Positions 48,955-59,343 of a stretch of 64,000 nt of DNA are shown here, piece by piece (position 1 is the first letter of the stretch; each line of letters opens with the position of its first letter). The stretch spans positions 3,315-67,314 of the forward strand of contig CAMNKK010000004.1 in NCBI GenBank assembly GCA_946542235.1. Direction: 5' to 3'. A program made the position numbers and the translations under genes. The DNA is from an uncultured Clostridia bacterium. Lineage in GTDB: Bacteria > Bacillota > Clostridia > Christensenellales > Aristaeellaceae. The notes under the pieces were generated by a model. That model had not been told where the DNA came from. It made no database searches and saw nothing but the letters and a program-made list of their open reading frames with translations.

Positions 48955-50106
48955 ATGGAACTCTATATTCATTTTCCATTCTGCAGGCAGAAGTGCCGCT
49001 ATTGTGATTTTGTTTCCTTTCCCGGCATGGAAGATTCCATGGATGCATATATCACCGCTCTGCTTCGGGAAGCTGAGCTCTGTTCCGGAGACGTTGCCGA
49101 GAGCATAGAGACGGTTTATTTCGGCGGAGGCACACCTTCATTGGTACCTTCCGGCCTGATGCGTCGGTTGACACGGGGGCTGGCGGAAAGACTCCCTCTT
49201 GGGCAGGTCAGAGAGTGGACATCGGAAGCCAATCCCGGAACGCTGACACAGGAATGGGCAGACGCGGCACGCTCCTGCGGAATCACCAGGCTTTCGTTGG
49301 GTATGCAGGCTTATCAGCCGCGTCTTCTTGCTCTGCTTGGCCGGATTCATCGCTTCGAGGAAGTAAGGAAAAGTTTTGAAACTGCCCGGAAAGCAGGCTT
49401 TCAGAATCTGAGCGTGGATCTGATCTTCGGAATTCCTTCACAAACCCTCTCTGACTGGTCGGAAACCCTTACCGCAGCTTTTTCCCTCTTTCCGGATCAC
49501 CTCAGTGCTTACGGGCTGATTCCGGAGGAAAACACACCGCTGTGGCAGGATCTGCAGAATGGCAGTCTGTCTCTTCCTGAGGATGAAGAAGAGCGAGCCA
49601 TGTACAGTCAGCTTCTTACTCTGACCCGCCGGCTTGGATATCAGCAGTATGAAATTTCCAATTTTGCAAAACCGGGGTTTGAATGCATTCATAATATCGG
49701 CTACTGGAACCAGACTCCCTATCTTGGGCTGGGCGTTTCCGCAAGCTCCATGGTTCATTTGAGCAGGAGCGAAACGGGGATTCGATACCTGCGCCGGACA
49801 AATACAGACAGGTTGGAAGAGTATCTGAAAGGAATAGCGGCTGATCGGCCGGTTCTCAGAGAAAAAGAATGGATTGAGGCGGAGGAAGCACGCTTTGAAA
49901 CCATGATGCTGGGTCTCCGGATGAATCGGGGCGTTTCAGAAAACACTTTTTTTCTCCGTCATGGTGTTCCTCTCCAGGCCTGTTATGGAAAGCGGCTTGA
50001 TCTTCTCCGTCAGCAGGGATTCCTTTTCCGGGAATCCGATTCCTGGAAGCTGACCCGAAAAGGAATGGATCTGCAGAATACGGTACTGGTGTCCCTGATG
50101 GACTGA
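48955..50106 (+). CDS. hemW: radical SAM heme chaperone HemW
   Basis: YIHFPFCRQKCRYCDF, GGGTPS, EANP, YEISNF, HNIGYW. Confidence 0.93.
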   Translation: MELYIHFPFCRQKCRYCDFVSFPGMEDSMDAYITALLREAELCSGDVAESIETVYFGGGTPSLVPSGLMRRLTRGLAERLPLGQVREWTSEANPGTLTQEWADAARSCGITRLSLGMQAYQPRLLALLGRIHRFEEVRKSFETARKAGFQNLSVDLIFGIPSQTLSDWSETLTAAFSLFPDHLSAYGLIPEENTPLWQDLQNGSLSLPEDEEERAMYSQLLTLTRRLGYQQYEISNFAKPGFECIHNIGYWNQTPYLGLGVSASSMVHLSRSETGIRYLRRTNTDRLEEYLKGIAADRPVLREKEWIEAEEARFETMMLGLRMNRGVSENTFFLRHGVPLQACYGKRLDLLRQQGFLFRESDSWKLTRKGMDLQNTVLVSLMD

Positions 50107-50148
50107 CCAATTCTCCCTTCCGGCAGCATACTCCTGCTCCCCTCCACA

Positions 50149-52161
50149 CTAATTCAGTGCGACATGAAAATCTTCCCCGGAAAAAACAGATCTCGTCAGA
50201 GCCTCAATCTGCTTTTTTTCTGAAAGCAGCGCCGGGTCGCTGATGAGCTCGTGAACACTCTTCTGTACTTCATCCAGCAGCATCACGTTGCCGCATTGCA
50301 GAGGATGCTGAAGCGCGTCTCCGCTTTGCCTTGTCCCCATCAGATCACCCGGGCCCCGAAGTTCCAGATCCTTCTGGGCTACTAAAAAACCATCCCCCGT
50401 ATCACAGAGAATTTTCAGCTTCTGGCTGGCCTTGGACATCAGGAAACACCAGCTTTCCCGGGATCCGCGGCCCACTCTGCCACGGAGCTGATGCAGCTGG
50501 CTGAGGCCGTACCTTTCCGCGTTTTCAATGATCATCACGGTAGCGTCAGGCACATTGATGCCCACTTCAATTACGCTGGTCGCTACCAGTACATCCAGCT
50601 CTCCTCGGGCAAACTGCTGCAGCGTCCGTGCCTTTTCTTCATTCTTTTGCGCACCCCAGGTCAGGCCAAGCCGGAACTCCTTTAATTCGTTCCCGGTCAG
50701 CTCACGATACATGGTCTGCGCACTTCTGACATCCGGAAAAACTTCGCTGTCCTCCACCATGGGACAGACAATATAAGCCTGCTGTCCCTCCCGGATCTTT
50801 TCCCGAAGGAACTGATACATGGCCGCTCTTTTTTCCTCCGGTACAATTCTTGTTTTGACGGGTTGCCTCCCCGGAGGCATTTCATCCACCAGGCTCAGGT
50901 TCAGATCCCCGTAGAGTATCAAGGCAAGTGTTCTGGGAATAGGCGTCGCAGACATCACCAGCACATGAGGAGATCTGCGCCGGTCAGGGCTGTCGCCCTT
51001 CGCCTGCAAGGCGCTTCGCTGCAGCACCCCGAAGCGATGCTGTTCGTCTGTAACAACCAGTCCCAGGCGGGCAAAGTCAACTCCTGTGCTGATCAATGCA
51101 TGAGTACCGAAAACAGCGTTGCAGCTTCCTTCCTTGAGTTCCTTCAGGATTTTTTTCCGCTCTGCCGCCCGGGTACTTCCTGTCAGCAGACGGCAATGAA
51201 TTCCCAGCGGCTCCAGCAGAGAAACGGCATTTTCATAATGCTGGCGTGCCAGTATTTCAGTCGGAGCCATCATGGCTGCCTGATAATCGCTTTTCCAGGC
51301 AAGAAAGATGCTGCTGAATGCAAGAATGGTTTTTCCGCTTCCGACATCCCCCTGTACAAGACGGGCCATTGCCGTATCCTGACGAAGATCGGAGGCTATT
51401 TCTTCCAGTACTCTGCGCTGTGCTCCCGTAGGCGGAAACGGATTTTTGTCCCAGAATTCCGTCATGGCATCTGATGAAAAAGCAAAGGGAAATCCGGGCT
51501 GCTTCTGCTGTCGAAAGATAGAAACGCCCATCAGATAGATCAGATTGTTTTCGAAATCAAGCCTTCTTCTGGCTTTTGTCAGCTGCTCCGTATTTTCCGG
51601 AAAGTGAATCCACCGCAGCGCATCATGAAGTCCGATCAGCGAATACCGGTCCCGAAAAGATCGCGGAAGGGTTTCCGGACAGATTTCTTCGACAGCTGAC
51701 AATGCTTCATCTATCAATTCATAAAATGTTTTTGCAGGGAAGCCGCGAATGGGGCGATAGACCGGCATCCATTCTTGCCGGGTCACAATCCTGGGATTCA
51801 GCATGCTTCGGCGGCTGTTCCTGTTCTGAATTCGTCCGTAAAGGAGAATTTCCTTTCCGATCGGAAGCTGCTGCTTCATCCAGGGCTCGTTAAACCAGTA
51901 TACAGCCAAGCTTCCCGATCCATCCCTTATCGTCGCGCTGACTCGGCTTCGTCCGTGAAAGTAGGCAATTCGAGGCGTGTCGGCAACAATTCCCCGGATC
52001 AGTTTTTCCCCTTCACACGCTTCGGCAACAGGTGTTTCATGGATATGGTCTTCATAACGAACAGGAAAGAAATACAATAAATCGCGCAATGAGTGAATCC
52101 CCACTGCGCGCATTCGACTGATCCGGGTAGGTCCGATACCTTTCAGGTCCTCCAGATTCAT
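50149..52161 (-). CDS. recG: ATP-dependent DNA helicase RecG
   Basis: GDVGSGKT, MAPTEILA, DEQHRFG, SATPIPR, QLRGRVGR, DLELRGPG. Confidence 0.97.
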   Translation of the reverse strand: MNLEDLKGIGPTRISRMRAVGIHSLRDLLYFFPVRYEDHIHETPVAEACEGEKLIRGIVADTPRIAYFHGRSRVSATIRDGSGSLAVYWFNEPWMKQQLPIGKEILLYGRIQNRNSRRSMLNPRIVTRQEWMPVYRPIRGFPAKTFYELIDEALSAVEEICPETLPRSFRDRYSLIGLHDALRWIHFPENTEQLTKARRRLDFENNLIYLMGVSIFRQQKQPGFPFAFSSDAMTEFWDKNPFPPTGAQRRVLEEIASDLRQDTAMARLVQGDVGSGKTILAFSSIFLAWKSDYQAAMMAPTEILARQHYENAVSLLEPLGIHCRLLTGSTRAAERKKILKELKEGSCNAVFGTHALISTGVDFARLGLVVTDEQHRFGVLQRSALQAKGDSPDRRRSPHVLVMSATPIPRTLALILYGDLNLSLVDEMPPGRQPVKTRIVPEEKRAAMYQFLREKIREGQQAYIVCPMVEDSEVFPDVRSAQTMYRELTGNELKEFRLGLTWGAQKNEEKARTLQQFARGELDVLVATSVIEVGINVPDATVMIIENAERYGLSQLHQLRGRVGRGSRESWCFLMSKASQKLKILCDTGDGFLVAQKDLELRGPGDLMGTRQSGDALQHPLQCGNVMLLDEVQKSVHELISDPALLSEKKQIEALTRSVFSGEDFHVALN

Positions 52162-52164
52162 GCT

Positions 52165-53823
52165 TTACTCCACTGATATCAGATAATAATACAGAGGCTG
52201 TCCGCCATTGTGATATTCCACATCGCAGTCCCGATACTCTTCCGCCAGACGAGAGGCCAGCGCTTTTGCCTGCGCTTCCGTAACATCTGCCCCGTAATAA
52301 ACGGTAATCAGTTCATCCTCTTCAGTCACCACATTCTTCATGATCTCCAGCGCAACATCTTCTACGGAGTTACCGGACATCTCGATCTGTCCGTTATGAA
52401 GGCCGATGACATCCCCTTCCCTGATGGCAATACCGTTGTATTCGCTGTCTCTGATGGCATAGGTAACCGTGGCCGTCTTCACATGTTCTGCCGCTTCGCT
52501 CATCCGGTCGAAGTTTTCCTCCGCGGGAAGCTCACCCTGAAAAGCAATTGCAGCGGCAATTCCCATCGCGACGTTTTTCGTGGGGATCACCCGTACATCC
52601 CGGTCGCTCATTTTTGCTGCCTGATTGGCGGCAAAAATCACATTTCCATTGTTGGGCAGAACAAAAATATGCTCCGCATTTACTTTCGTAATCGCATGCA
52701 GTATATCATCCACGGAGGGATTCATGGTCTGCCCGCCCTCCACGATCTGATCGACATTCAGGTCACGGAAGAAGCTTGTAAACCCGTCTCCCAGGGATAC
52801 CGCTACCATCCCGTATTCCTTGCCGGGTTCCAGAGGTTCTTCCTCTGCGGAATCCGTATTCTCACCCTGCTCCAGGGCACGCTTCATTTCGGCCAGATTA
52901 TCGATTTGAATATTGCTGAGTTCTCCAAGCTCGATTCCGTATTCCAGCGTCAGTCCGGGGTTATCGGTATGCACATGGATGTGCGCGCCGCTCAGGTCTC
53001 CCTGAACCTGGACGCAGTCTCCGATCCGGTTCAGCCTTCTGCGGAAAGAGTCAAGATCATGCTCGTCGCAGTCTTCGCGGAAGGTGTGGATGTCAAAATT
53101 GACGCAATAGGTGTGAGTCAGATCCCGGGTCAGATCATGCCAGTCGTCCGTCTGATCCTCCGAGGATTCCTCGATTCCGGTACAGGCCAGATTGATGTCC
53201 TCTCCCCGAAGCACAGCCGCATATCCCTGATAGATCAGAAGCAGTCCGCGGCCGCCGGAGTCTACCACACCGGCTTGCTTCAGCGCCGGAAGCATATCCG
53301 GTGTTTTCTTCAGAATAGCCTCTCCGCTTTTCAGCATGACGCTGATCAGCGCGTCATAATCATCGGGATCTTTCTGTGCCTGCTTGAGCGCGTCCTCGGC
53401 AATAACCCGAGCCACTGTCAGAATCGTGCCTTCCTTTGGCTTCATAACAGCCTTGTAGGCTACTTCAGCTCCTTTTCCAAGGGCTTCAGCAAATTGCAGG
53501 GGGGTAATCTTCTCCACGCCCTTCAGTGCCTTCGCAAATCCGCGAAGCAGCTGGCTGGTAATAACACCGCTGTTTCCCCGGGCACCTTTCAGTGCGCCCT
53601 TGGACAGGGCACTGGCAGCCTCGTCCGCACGCAGATATTCCTTGCTGTTAATTTCCCGGATTGCGCTTTGCATCGTAAGCGTCATGTTTGTTCCGGTATC
53701 TCCATCCGGAACGGGAAAAACGTTCAACGCATCAACAGCTTCCCGGTTCCTTTCCAGCAGGGAAGTTCCGGCCATTGCCATGTCTCTGAGCAGCAGACCG
53801 TCAATTGTTTTAAACTGTATCAA
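52165..53823 (-). CDS. fakA: DAK2 domain fatty acid kinase subunit A (YloV)
   Basis: LNVFPVPDGDTG, GARGNSG, DSGG, GGQTMNPS, GGQPLY. Confidence 0.94.
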   Translation of the reverse strand: MIQFKTIDGLLLRDMAMAGTSLLERNREAVDALNVFPVPDGDTGTNMTLTMQSAIREINSKEYLRADEAASALSKGALKGARGNSGVITSQLLRGFAKALKGVEKITPLQFAEALGKGAEVAYKAVMKPKEGTILTVARVIAEDALKQAQKDPDDYDALISVMLKSGEAILKKTPDMLPALKQAGVVDSGGRGLLLIYQGYAAVLRGEDINLACTGIEESSEDQTDDWHDLTRDLTHTYCVNFDIHTFREDCDEHDLDSFRRRLNRIGDCVQVQGDLSGAHIHVHTDNPGLTLEYGIELGELSNIQIDNLAEMKRALEQGENTDSAEEEPLEPGKEYGMVAVSLGDGFTSFFRDLNVDQIVEGGQTMNPSVDDILHAITKVNAEHIFVLPNNGNVIFAANQAAKMSDRDVRVIPTKNVAMGIAAAIAFQGELPAEENFDRMSEAAEHVKTATVTYAIRDSEYNGIAIREGDVIGLHNGQIEMSGNSVEDVALEIMKNVVTEEDELITVYYGADVTEAQAKALASRLAEEYRDCDVEYHNGGQPLYYYLISVE

Positions 53824-53875
53824 AGGATGTCCCTCCGTTCAAATCTGTAAAATACGTACCGGCAGGCTGTTCCGG

Positions 53876-54226
53876 TCAGATCCTGATTCCTTCAACGGAT
53901 ATGCTGACCTTCCTGACCTTTACACCGGTCATAGATTCCAGCTTGTAACGAACTGTATCCACAATGGTTTTGCAGACTTCCGCGATGGAAATCCCGTATT
54001 CCACGATGATAAAGAGATCGACATCCAGCATGTCGCCCACATTACGGATCTGGACGCCTTTGGACAGATTTTCCCGACCCAGCCATTCTACCAGACCGTC
54101 TGTAGCTCTCTTGCCGCACATGGCAACAATTCCGTAGCACTCCAGAGCCGCATAACCGACGACCTTCATCATGACGTCCTCGGAGATAAAGATCGTGCCG
54201 TCATTTGTTTTGACCTTACATTCCAT
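53876..54226 (-). CDS. Asp23/Gls24 family protein (YloU-like)
   Basis: ECYGIVAM, ENLSKGV, VEYG; upstream of fakA. Confidence 0.92.
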   Translation of the reverse strand: MECKVKTNDGTIFISEDVMMKVVGYAALECYGIVAMCGKRATDGLVEWLGRENLSKGVQIRNVGDMLDVDLFIIVEYGISIAEVCKTIVDTVRYKLESMTGVKVRKVSISVEGIRI

Positions 54227-54342
54227 GAAAAAAATACCTCCCCGTTTCTGCCGCCCGGCAGCAGCCGCGCGGTCTGATCGCAAAGGACAGAAGGATTATA
54301 CAGGATAATCCATGTTTAATCAAGTTTTTTCAAAATAGCCCC

Positions 54343-54370
54343 TTGACAAAAGTCAGTAAAAAAATATAAT
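54343..54370 (+). promoter_or_regulatory. sigma-A promoter of the Tyr T-box operon
   Basis: TTGACA-16 nt-TATAAT. Confidence 0.8.
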
Positions 54371-54380
54371 CATCTCATCT

Positions 54381-54630
54381 GCGATGAAGGGAAGATGCCG
54401 GTTCTGCTTTTGTTCAGAGAGGCCCCGGTTCGGTGCGAGGGGTTCAAAGCAATCCGGATGTACATCCCGGAGCCTGTACTCTGAAGGTTTATTCTGGGTA
54501 GGAGTACACCGGAGCGCCGGTTACAGCGAGTTAACGAGAGCCGGAAAAATGTCTTGTCCTTCCGGCTGAATGGAAGTGGTACCGCGGTCCTCCCCGCCTT
54601 CCGGCGGAGGAGGTCCTTTTTTTATTTTTT
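54381..54630 (+). ncRNA. T-box riboswitch, Tyr (UAC) specifier
   Basis: GCGATGA, AGAGA, GGTGCGA, specifier TAC 54461-54463, GGAAG-TGGTACC-GCGG antiterminator, GC-rich terminator with T run. Confidence 0.95.
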
Positions 54631-54646
54631 CAGGAGGTGAAACAGT

Positions 54647-55834
54647 ATGGACATCACGTCCCTTTCCTATGCAACCAGGTTTGACCATGTTTCCGGCAGC
54701 GCGATCCGCGAAATATTCAAGGTCATCGCTCAGCCGGGGATGATCTCGTTTGCCGGCGGAAACCCTTCGAAATCCGCTTTGCCGGATCAGATGGTTTCAG
54801 AGCTGGCTTCAGATGTGCTCCGGGAAGATGGAAAGGCGATTCTGCAATATGGCGCAACGGAAGGATATCCGCCTTTTCTGGAAAGCCTGAAGGAGTATAT
54901 CCGGACGCATTTCGGAATCCAGGCCCCCGCAGTACTCCCCGTAACAGGTTCCACCCAGGCCATGGATCTGCTCTGCAAGGCCCTGATCAACCCCGGAGAC
55001 AGGATTATTGTCGAAAATCCCTCTTTTCTTGGCAATCTTCAATGTATGAAACTGTATGAAGCGGAGCTGGTTCCGGTCCGCAGCGATGAAAACGGCCTGG
55101 ATCCGGATCATCTGGAGGAGCTGATCCGGAAAACCGGCGCGAAGATGATCTATACCATTCCCACCTTCCAGAATCCGACAGGGCGGACACTGTCCCTGGA
55201 GCGGCGCAGGCGGGTCGCTGAACTGGCAAATCAATACGGCATTGTTGTAGCGGAAGACGATCCATACCGGGATCTGCGGTATCGCGGGCAGGATCTTCCT
55301 CCCATCAAAACCTTTGATGAAAACGGTTGGGTCGTATTCCTCGGAAGCTTCAGCAAGGTCATTTCTCCCGGGCTTCGGGTCGGATACATGGCCGGGGACG
55401 CGGGGATCATCCGAAAATGCACCGTCGGAAAGCAGTCCACCGATGTGCATACGGCGAATCTGACCCAGGCTGTCGTGGATCAGTTCCTTCGGCGGAACCT
55501 GCTGCCGGACCACATAAAAAAGATTTCAGCTGATTATGCCGTTCAGTGCAGCCGGATGCTTGATCATCTGTCGGCTTTCCCGGGAGAAGTCCGGTATACC
55601 CGTCCGGAAGGCGGGCTCTTCATCTGGGCGGAGCTTCCGGAAAACATCGTGGCGAAGGATCTGCTGGTCAGGGCCATCGAGAAGAAGGTCGCCTTTGTGC
55701 CCGGCACTCATTTCTTCGTGGACGGCGGCCACGAGAACACCATCCGCCTGAATTTTTCCGGCAGTACCCTTTCCCAGATCGATCAGGGCATGGACATCCT
55801 GAAAGATCTGATCATTAATGAAATGAAACAATAA
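54647..55834 (+). CDS. PLP-dependent class I/II aminotransferase (probably aromatic)
   Basis: SAIRE, FAGGNP, FQNPTG, EDDPY, GSFSK (PLP Lys), PGLRVG; under the Tyr T-box. Confidence 0.9.
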   Translation: MDITSLSYATRFDHVSGSAIREIFKVIAQPGMISFAGGNPSKSALPDQMVSELASDVLREDGKAILQYGATEGYPPFLESLKEYIRTHFGIQAPAVLPVTGSTQAMDLLCKALINPGDRIIVENPSFLGNLQCMKLYEAELVPVRSDENGLDPDHLEELIRKTGAKMIYTIPTFQNPTGRTLSLERRRRVAELANQYGIVVAEDDPYRDLRYRGQDLPPIKTFDENGWVVFLGSFSKVISPGLRVGYMAGDAGIIRKCTVGKQSTDVHTANLTQAVVDQFLRRNLLPDHIKKISADYAVQCSRMLDHLSAFPGEVRYTRPEGGLFIWAELPENIVAKDLLVRAIEKKVAFVPGTHFFVDGGHENTIRLNFSGSTLSQIDQGMDILKDLIINEMKQ

Positions 55835-55858
55835 ACATGTTCAGGAGGAAATTGGATC

Positions 55859-57085
55859 ATGGAACACATTCTGGATATTCTGAAGGAACGCGGCTTTGTA
55901 GCGCAGACCACCTTTGAAGACGAGCTTTATGAGCAGCTGAAATCTCCTACTACCTTCTACGTCGGCTTTGATCCGACTGCCGACAGTCTGCATATAGGCC
56001 ACTATATTCCAATTATGGCTATGGCTCACATGCAGCGGGCAGGGCACAAGCCGATTGCGCTGATGGGCGGAGGAACGGCCATGATCGGTGATCCTTCCGG
56101 GAAAACAGACATGCGTAAAATGATGACCGTTGAAACGATCGATCATAACGTGGAATGCATTAAGTCACAGATGTCCCGCTTTCTGGACTTCAGCGAAGGC
56201 AACGCCATCATTGTAAACAACGGTGACTGGCTCCGGCATCTTAACTTCATTGAGTTTATGCGGGATATCGGCTCCATGTTCAACGTAAACAGAATGCTGA
56301 CCGCGGATTGCTACAAAGCCCGCATGGCTACGGAAAACGGGTTGTCCTTTCTGGAGTTTACCTACATGCTGATGCAGAGCTATGACTTCCTTGAGCTCTT
56401 CCATCGGTATGGCTGCCGCCTGGAAATGGGTGGAAATGATCAGTGGAGCAATATGCTCGGCGGGGCGGATCTTGTTCGCCGCAAGCTGGGTGAAAAAGCC
56501 TTCGCCTGCACTTTCCAGCTGCTTCTGACACATGATGGGCGTAAAATGGGTAAAACGGAAGCCGGTGCTTTGTGGCTGGACCCGAACAAGACCAAGCCCT
56601 ATGATTTCTATCAGTACTGGAGAAACGTAGATGACCAGGATGTTCAGAAGTGTCTGGCGCTGCTGACCTTCCTGCCTATGGATGAAGTTCGCCGGCTCGG
56701 TGCTTTGCAGGGCTCTGAAATCAACGAAGCGAAAAAGGTCCTGGCCTTTGAAGTTACCAAGCTGGTTCATGGAGAAGAAGAAGCCCGGAAAGCAGCAGAC
56801 GCTGCTTCCTCTCTGTTCAGCGGAGCAGCCGATTCCGCCAATATCCCCTCCCTGGAGCTGACACCGGAAGAACTGAAAGCGGATGCACGGATTACTACCC
56901 TGCTGGTACGCGCCGGCCTGTGCAAAAGCCAGAGTGATGCCCGTACACAGATTGAGCAGAATGCAGTATCTCTGAACGGAGAAAAGGTCACTGATTCCAA
57001 GGCATCCGTATCTGAAGCGCTTCTCCGGAGCGGCGTACTGCTGAAAAAAGGCAAGAAAGGCTTCTGCCGTATTCTGCTGAGCTGA
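55859..57085 (+). CDS. tyrS: tyrosine--tRNA ligase
   Basis: [31 protein letters not shown]4 domain. Confidence 0.98.
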   Translation: MEHILDILKERGFVAQTTFEDELYEQLKSPTTFYVGFDPTADSLHIGHYIPIMAMAHMQRAGHKPIALMGGGTAMIGDPSGKTDMRKMMTVETIDHNVECIKSQMSRFLDFSEGNAIIVNNGDWLRHLNFIEFMRDIGSMFNVNRMLTADCYKARMATENGLSFLEFTYMLMQSYDFLELFHRYGCRLEMGGNDQWSNMLGGADLVRRKLGEKAFACTFQLLLTHDGRKMGKTEAGALWLDPNKTKPYDFYQYWRNVDDQDVQKCLALLTFLPMDEVRRLGALQGSEINEAKKVLAFEVTKLVHGEEEARKAADAASSLFSGAADSANIPSLELTPEELKADARITTLLVRAGLCKSQSDARTQIEQNAVSLNGEKVTDSKASVSEALLRSGVLLKKGKKGFCRILLS

Positions 57086-57089
57086 AACG

Positions 57090-57722
57090 ATGGACAGTTA
57101 TATTACACTGGCCGGTCCGGGGCAGGATGAGGTAACCATTCAAAAAAGCCGCTTTATCGGTCGGGCCTGGCCCTGCTCTTCTGAAGAAGATGCGCTGTTG
57201 CATCTGAAGGAGATACGTGAGTCCTTCCGGGAGGCACGGCACCATTGCTATGCCTATATCATCGGAGCAAACGAAGGCATTCTCCGGTATTCTGATGACG
57301 GAGAACCGGGCGGAACCGCCGGAATGCCCATGCTGAGTCTTCTGCGCGCAGAGAAACTGGTCAACTGCTGTGTCGTCGTAACCAGATACTTCGGTGGAAT
57401 CCTGCTCGGTACAGGCGGCCTGGTACGGGCCTATACCCAGGGGTGCCGGATCGCTGTGGAAGCAGCCGGCATTGTCCGCATGGAAAAAACATGTCATGAT
57501 CTGTGTGAAGTTCCCTATTCTGCATGGGATACAGTTCGGTATACATTGGATCAGCTGCCTGCCAGATACAGCGATCTCGAGTTTGGTTCGGCAGTATCCT
57601 TTACTCTCCTGACCCGTTCCGCGGATCGAAGCCGTGTCCTGGAGTCCCTTGTTCAGGCATCCGGCCGTTCCCTGGAAACGCTGTTTGATCAAGAAGCATA
57701 CGAAGCCTGGCCCGTCAGCTGA
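57090..57722 (+). CDS. yigZ: YigZ/IMPACT family protein
   Basis: KSRFI, HHCYAY, DDGEPGGTAG, RYFGGILLGTGGL. Confidence 0.95.
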   Translation: MDSYITLAGPGQDEVTIQKSRFIGRAWPCSSEEDALLHLKEIRESFREARHHCYAYIIGANEGILRYSDDGEPGGTAGMPMLSLLRAEKLVNCCVVVTRYFGGILLGTGGLVRAYTQGCRIAVEAAGIVRMEKTCHDLCEVPYSAWDTVRYTLDQLPARYSDLEFGSAVSFTLLTRSADRSRVLESLVQASGRSLETLFDQEAYEAWPVS

Positions 57723-57734
57723 CGGGCCAGGCTT
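57703..57734. terminator. perfect 32-bp palindrome at the yigZ stop; probable bidirectional terminator
   Basis: AAGCCTGGCCCGTCAG|CTGACGGGCCAGGCTT. Confidence 0.6.
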
Positions 57735-57792
57735 TAATTCAGCTGTTCTGTCACAGAAGAAATGTTTTTTCCTATCGCTTTTGACCGTCCGG

Positions 57793-58503
57793 TTATGCGA
57801 TCTCCAGCGCAATCTTCATCATCTGTTGGAATCCTATCTGCCGCTGCTCCGCCGGCATGCTCTCCCCGGTGATTACATGATCTGAAATCGTGCAGAGGCA
57901 TAGCGCGTTTTTTCCGGCTCTGGCCGCATTAAGATACAGGGCGGCTGCTTCCATTTCTACCGCAAGTACGCCAAGCTTCTGAAGGCCGATGGAGTTCTGT
58001 CCTTCATCATAAAATACATCCGAAGAATAGATCGGACCGCAGGCAATATTGATCCCGAGCCGCTCTGCCGTATCCACCGCTTTTCGGAGAAGCTCATAGC
58101 TGCAGCAGGGAGCCAGGTTTCCACGCACACCGAACTGGTTTCCGAATGCGGAATCCGTATACGCGCTCATACCGGCAACGATATCCATCAGCTTCAGATG
58201 GCTGCTCAGGGCGCCCGCTGATCCGATTCGAATAATATTATTAACTCCGTAAAAGTTGAAAAGCTCATAGGAATAAATCCCTATGGCTGGCATGCCCATA
58301 CCGCTGGCCATTACGGAAACACGCTTTCCGTGATACGTACCAGTATAGCCCTGAACGCCCCTGACATTGTTGACAAGCTCTGCGTTTTCCAGGAAATTAT
58401 CTGCAATAAACCTGGAGCGAAGCGGATCCCCTGGCATCAGCACGGTCTCTGCAAATGCGCCTTCAGGGGCATTGATATGCGGTGTCGGGATCTTGGGATT
58501 CAT
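57793..58503 (-). CDS. deoD: purine-nucleoside phosphorylase (DeoD type)
   Basis: TPHI, MPGDPLR, GMGMP, RIGSAG, VEME, ISDH. Confidence 0.97.
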   Translation of the reverse strand: MNPKIPTPHINAPEGAFAETVLMPGDPLRSRFIADNFLENAELVNNVRGVQGYTGTYHGKRVSVMASGMGMPAIGIYSYELFNFYGVNNIIRIGSAGALSSHLKLMDIVAGMSAYTDSAFGNQFGVRGNLAPCCSYELLRKAVDTAERLGINIACGPIYSSDVFYDEGQNSIGLQKLGVLAVEMEAAALYLNAARAGKNALCLCTISDHVITGESMPAEQRQIGFQQMMKIALEIA

Positions 58504-58572
58504 ACTTTATTCCTCCTTTATATTGTATGTCATGCTTCTGACATAATTGATCTCATCAATACAATCTATGAA

Positions 58573-59286
58573 TCACCCGCAGTTCCCGGTACGATTCATA
58601 TGCTCATGAATGGCCCGGATGGTTTGATCCAACTCTTCCAGGCTTATCAGTCCAATGCTTCCGTAGGGTGCGCAGAGCAGATTTTCAACGGCTGCGCGGT
58701 AAGGCTCCACAAGGCTCAGAATCTGTCCGGGATTGATTTGCTCCGCATCCCGGTTCTTCTGTCTTCCGGACTGAATCAATAATTGGCTGATCTGTGCCCA
58801 CAGATCATTCACCAGATCCAGAATCATTTCAGCAGTTTTCGCCGGATACTGGGTATATGCTTCTCTCTGGCTTATCATCTGCAGCACTGCTTTTTCTGTC
58901 ATCGGCAGCCAGCATGCTTTCAGGGCCTCCTGATAGCCGGCGCGTACGCTCTTTCCTTCCGGCAGGATAAATACAGGCAGGATCATCTTCAGGAAAGTCA
59001 GTCCTTCGCCCTGAAAAGGAATAAAGCCTCGGAGCAGAAGATTGAGATTTTCCAGGCCATCCCCGTTTTCAGATTCATGGATCAATCCCGCGGCCCGTTC
59101 CGCCCGGGCTTCGCAGATCTTCTGCAGTACCTGCTCCTTGCTTTCAAAGTGATGGTAGAAACTTCCCTTGCTCAGGTTGAGCACATCCAGAATGTCCTGA
59201 ACTCCGGTAGCTTCATAACCGCGCTCAGCAAACAGCGTTTCTGCAGTATCCAGTATCTGCTTTTTCCGCAGATCCCCTTTGATCAT
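58573..59286 (-). CDS. TetR/AcrR family transcriptional regulator
   Basis: ILDTAETLF..GY...GVQDI...LSKGSFYHHFESKE. Confidence 0.92.
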   Translation of the reverse strand: MIKGDLRKKQILDTAETLFAERGYEATGVQDILDVLNLSKGSFYHHFESKEQVLQKICEARAERAAGLIHESENGDGLENLNLLLRGFIPFQGEGLTFLKMILPVFILPEGKSVRAGYQEALKACWLPMTEKAVLQMISQREAYTQYPAKTAEMILDLVNDLWAQISQLLIQSGRQKNRDAEQINPGQILSLVEPYRAAVENLLCAPYGSIGLISLEELDQTIRAIHEHMNRTGNCG

Positions 59287-59343
59287 ATCAGATCTTTCCT
59301 CCTGCCTGTCTTTGTGTTTGTATTGTCTTCCATCGAACAGGGA

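Noticed and set aside
52210-53850. 546-aa ORF opposite fakA, and similar long ORFs at 2842-4422, 14351-15865, 25103-26578 and 26473-28056
   Set aside because: Antisense shadows of conserved genes.
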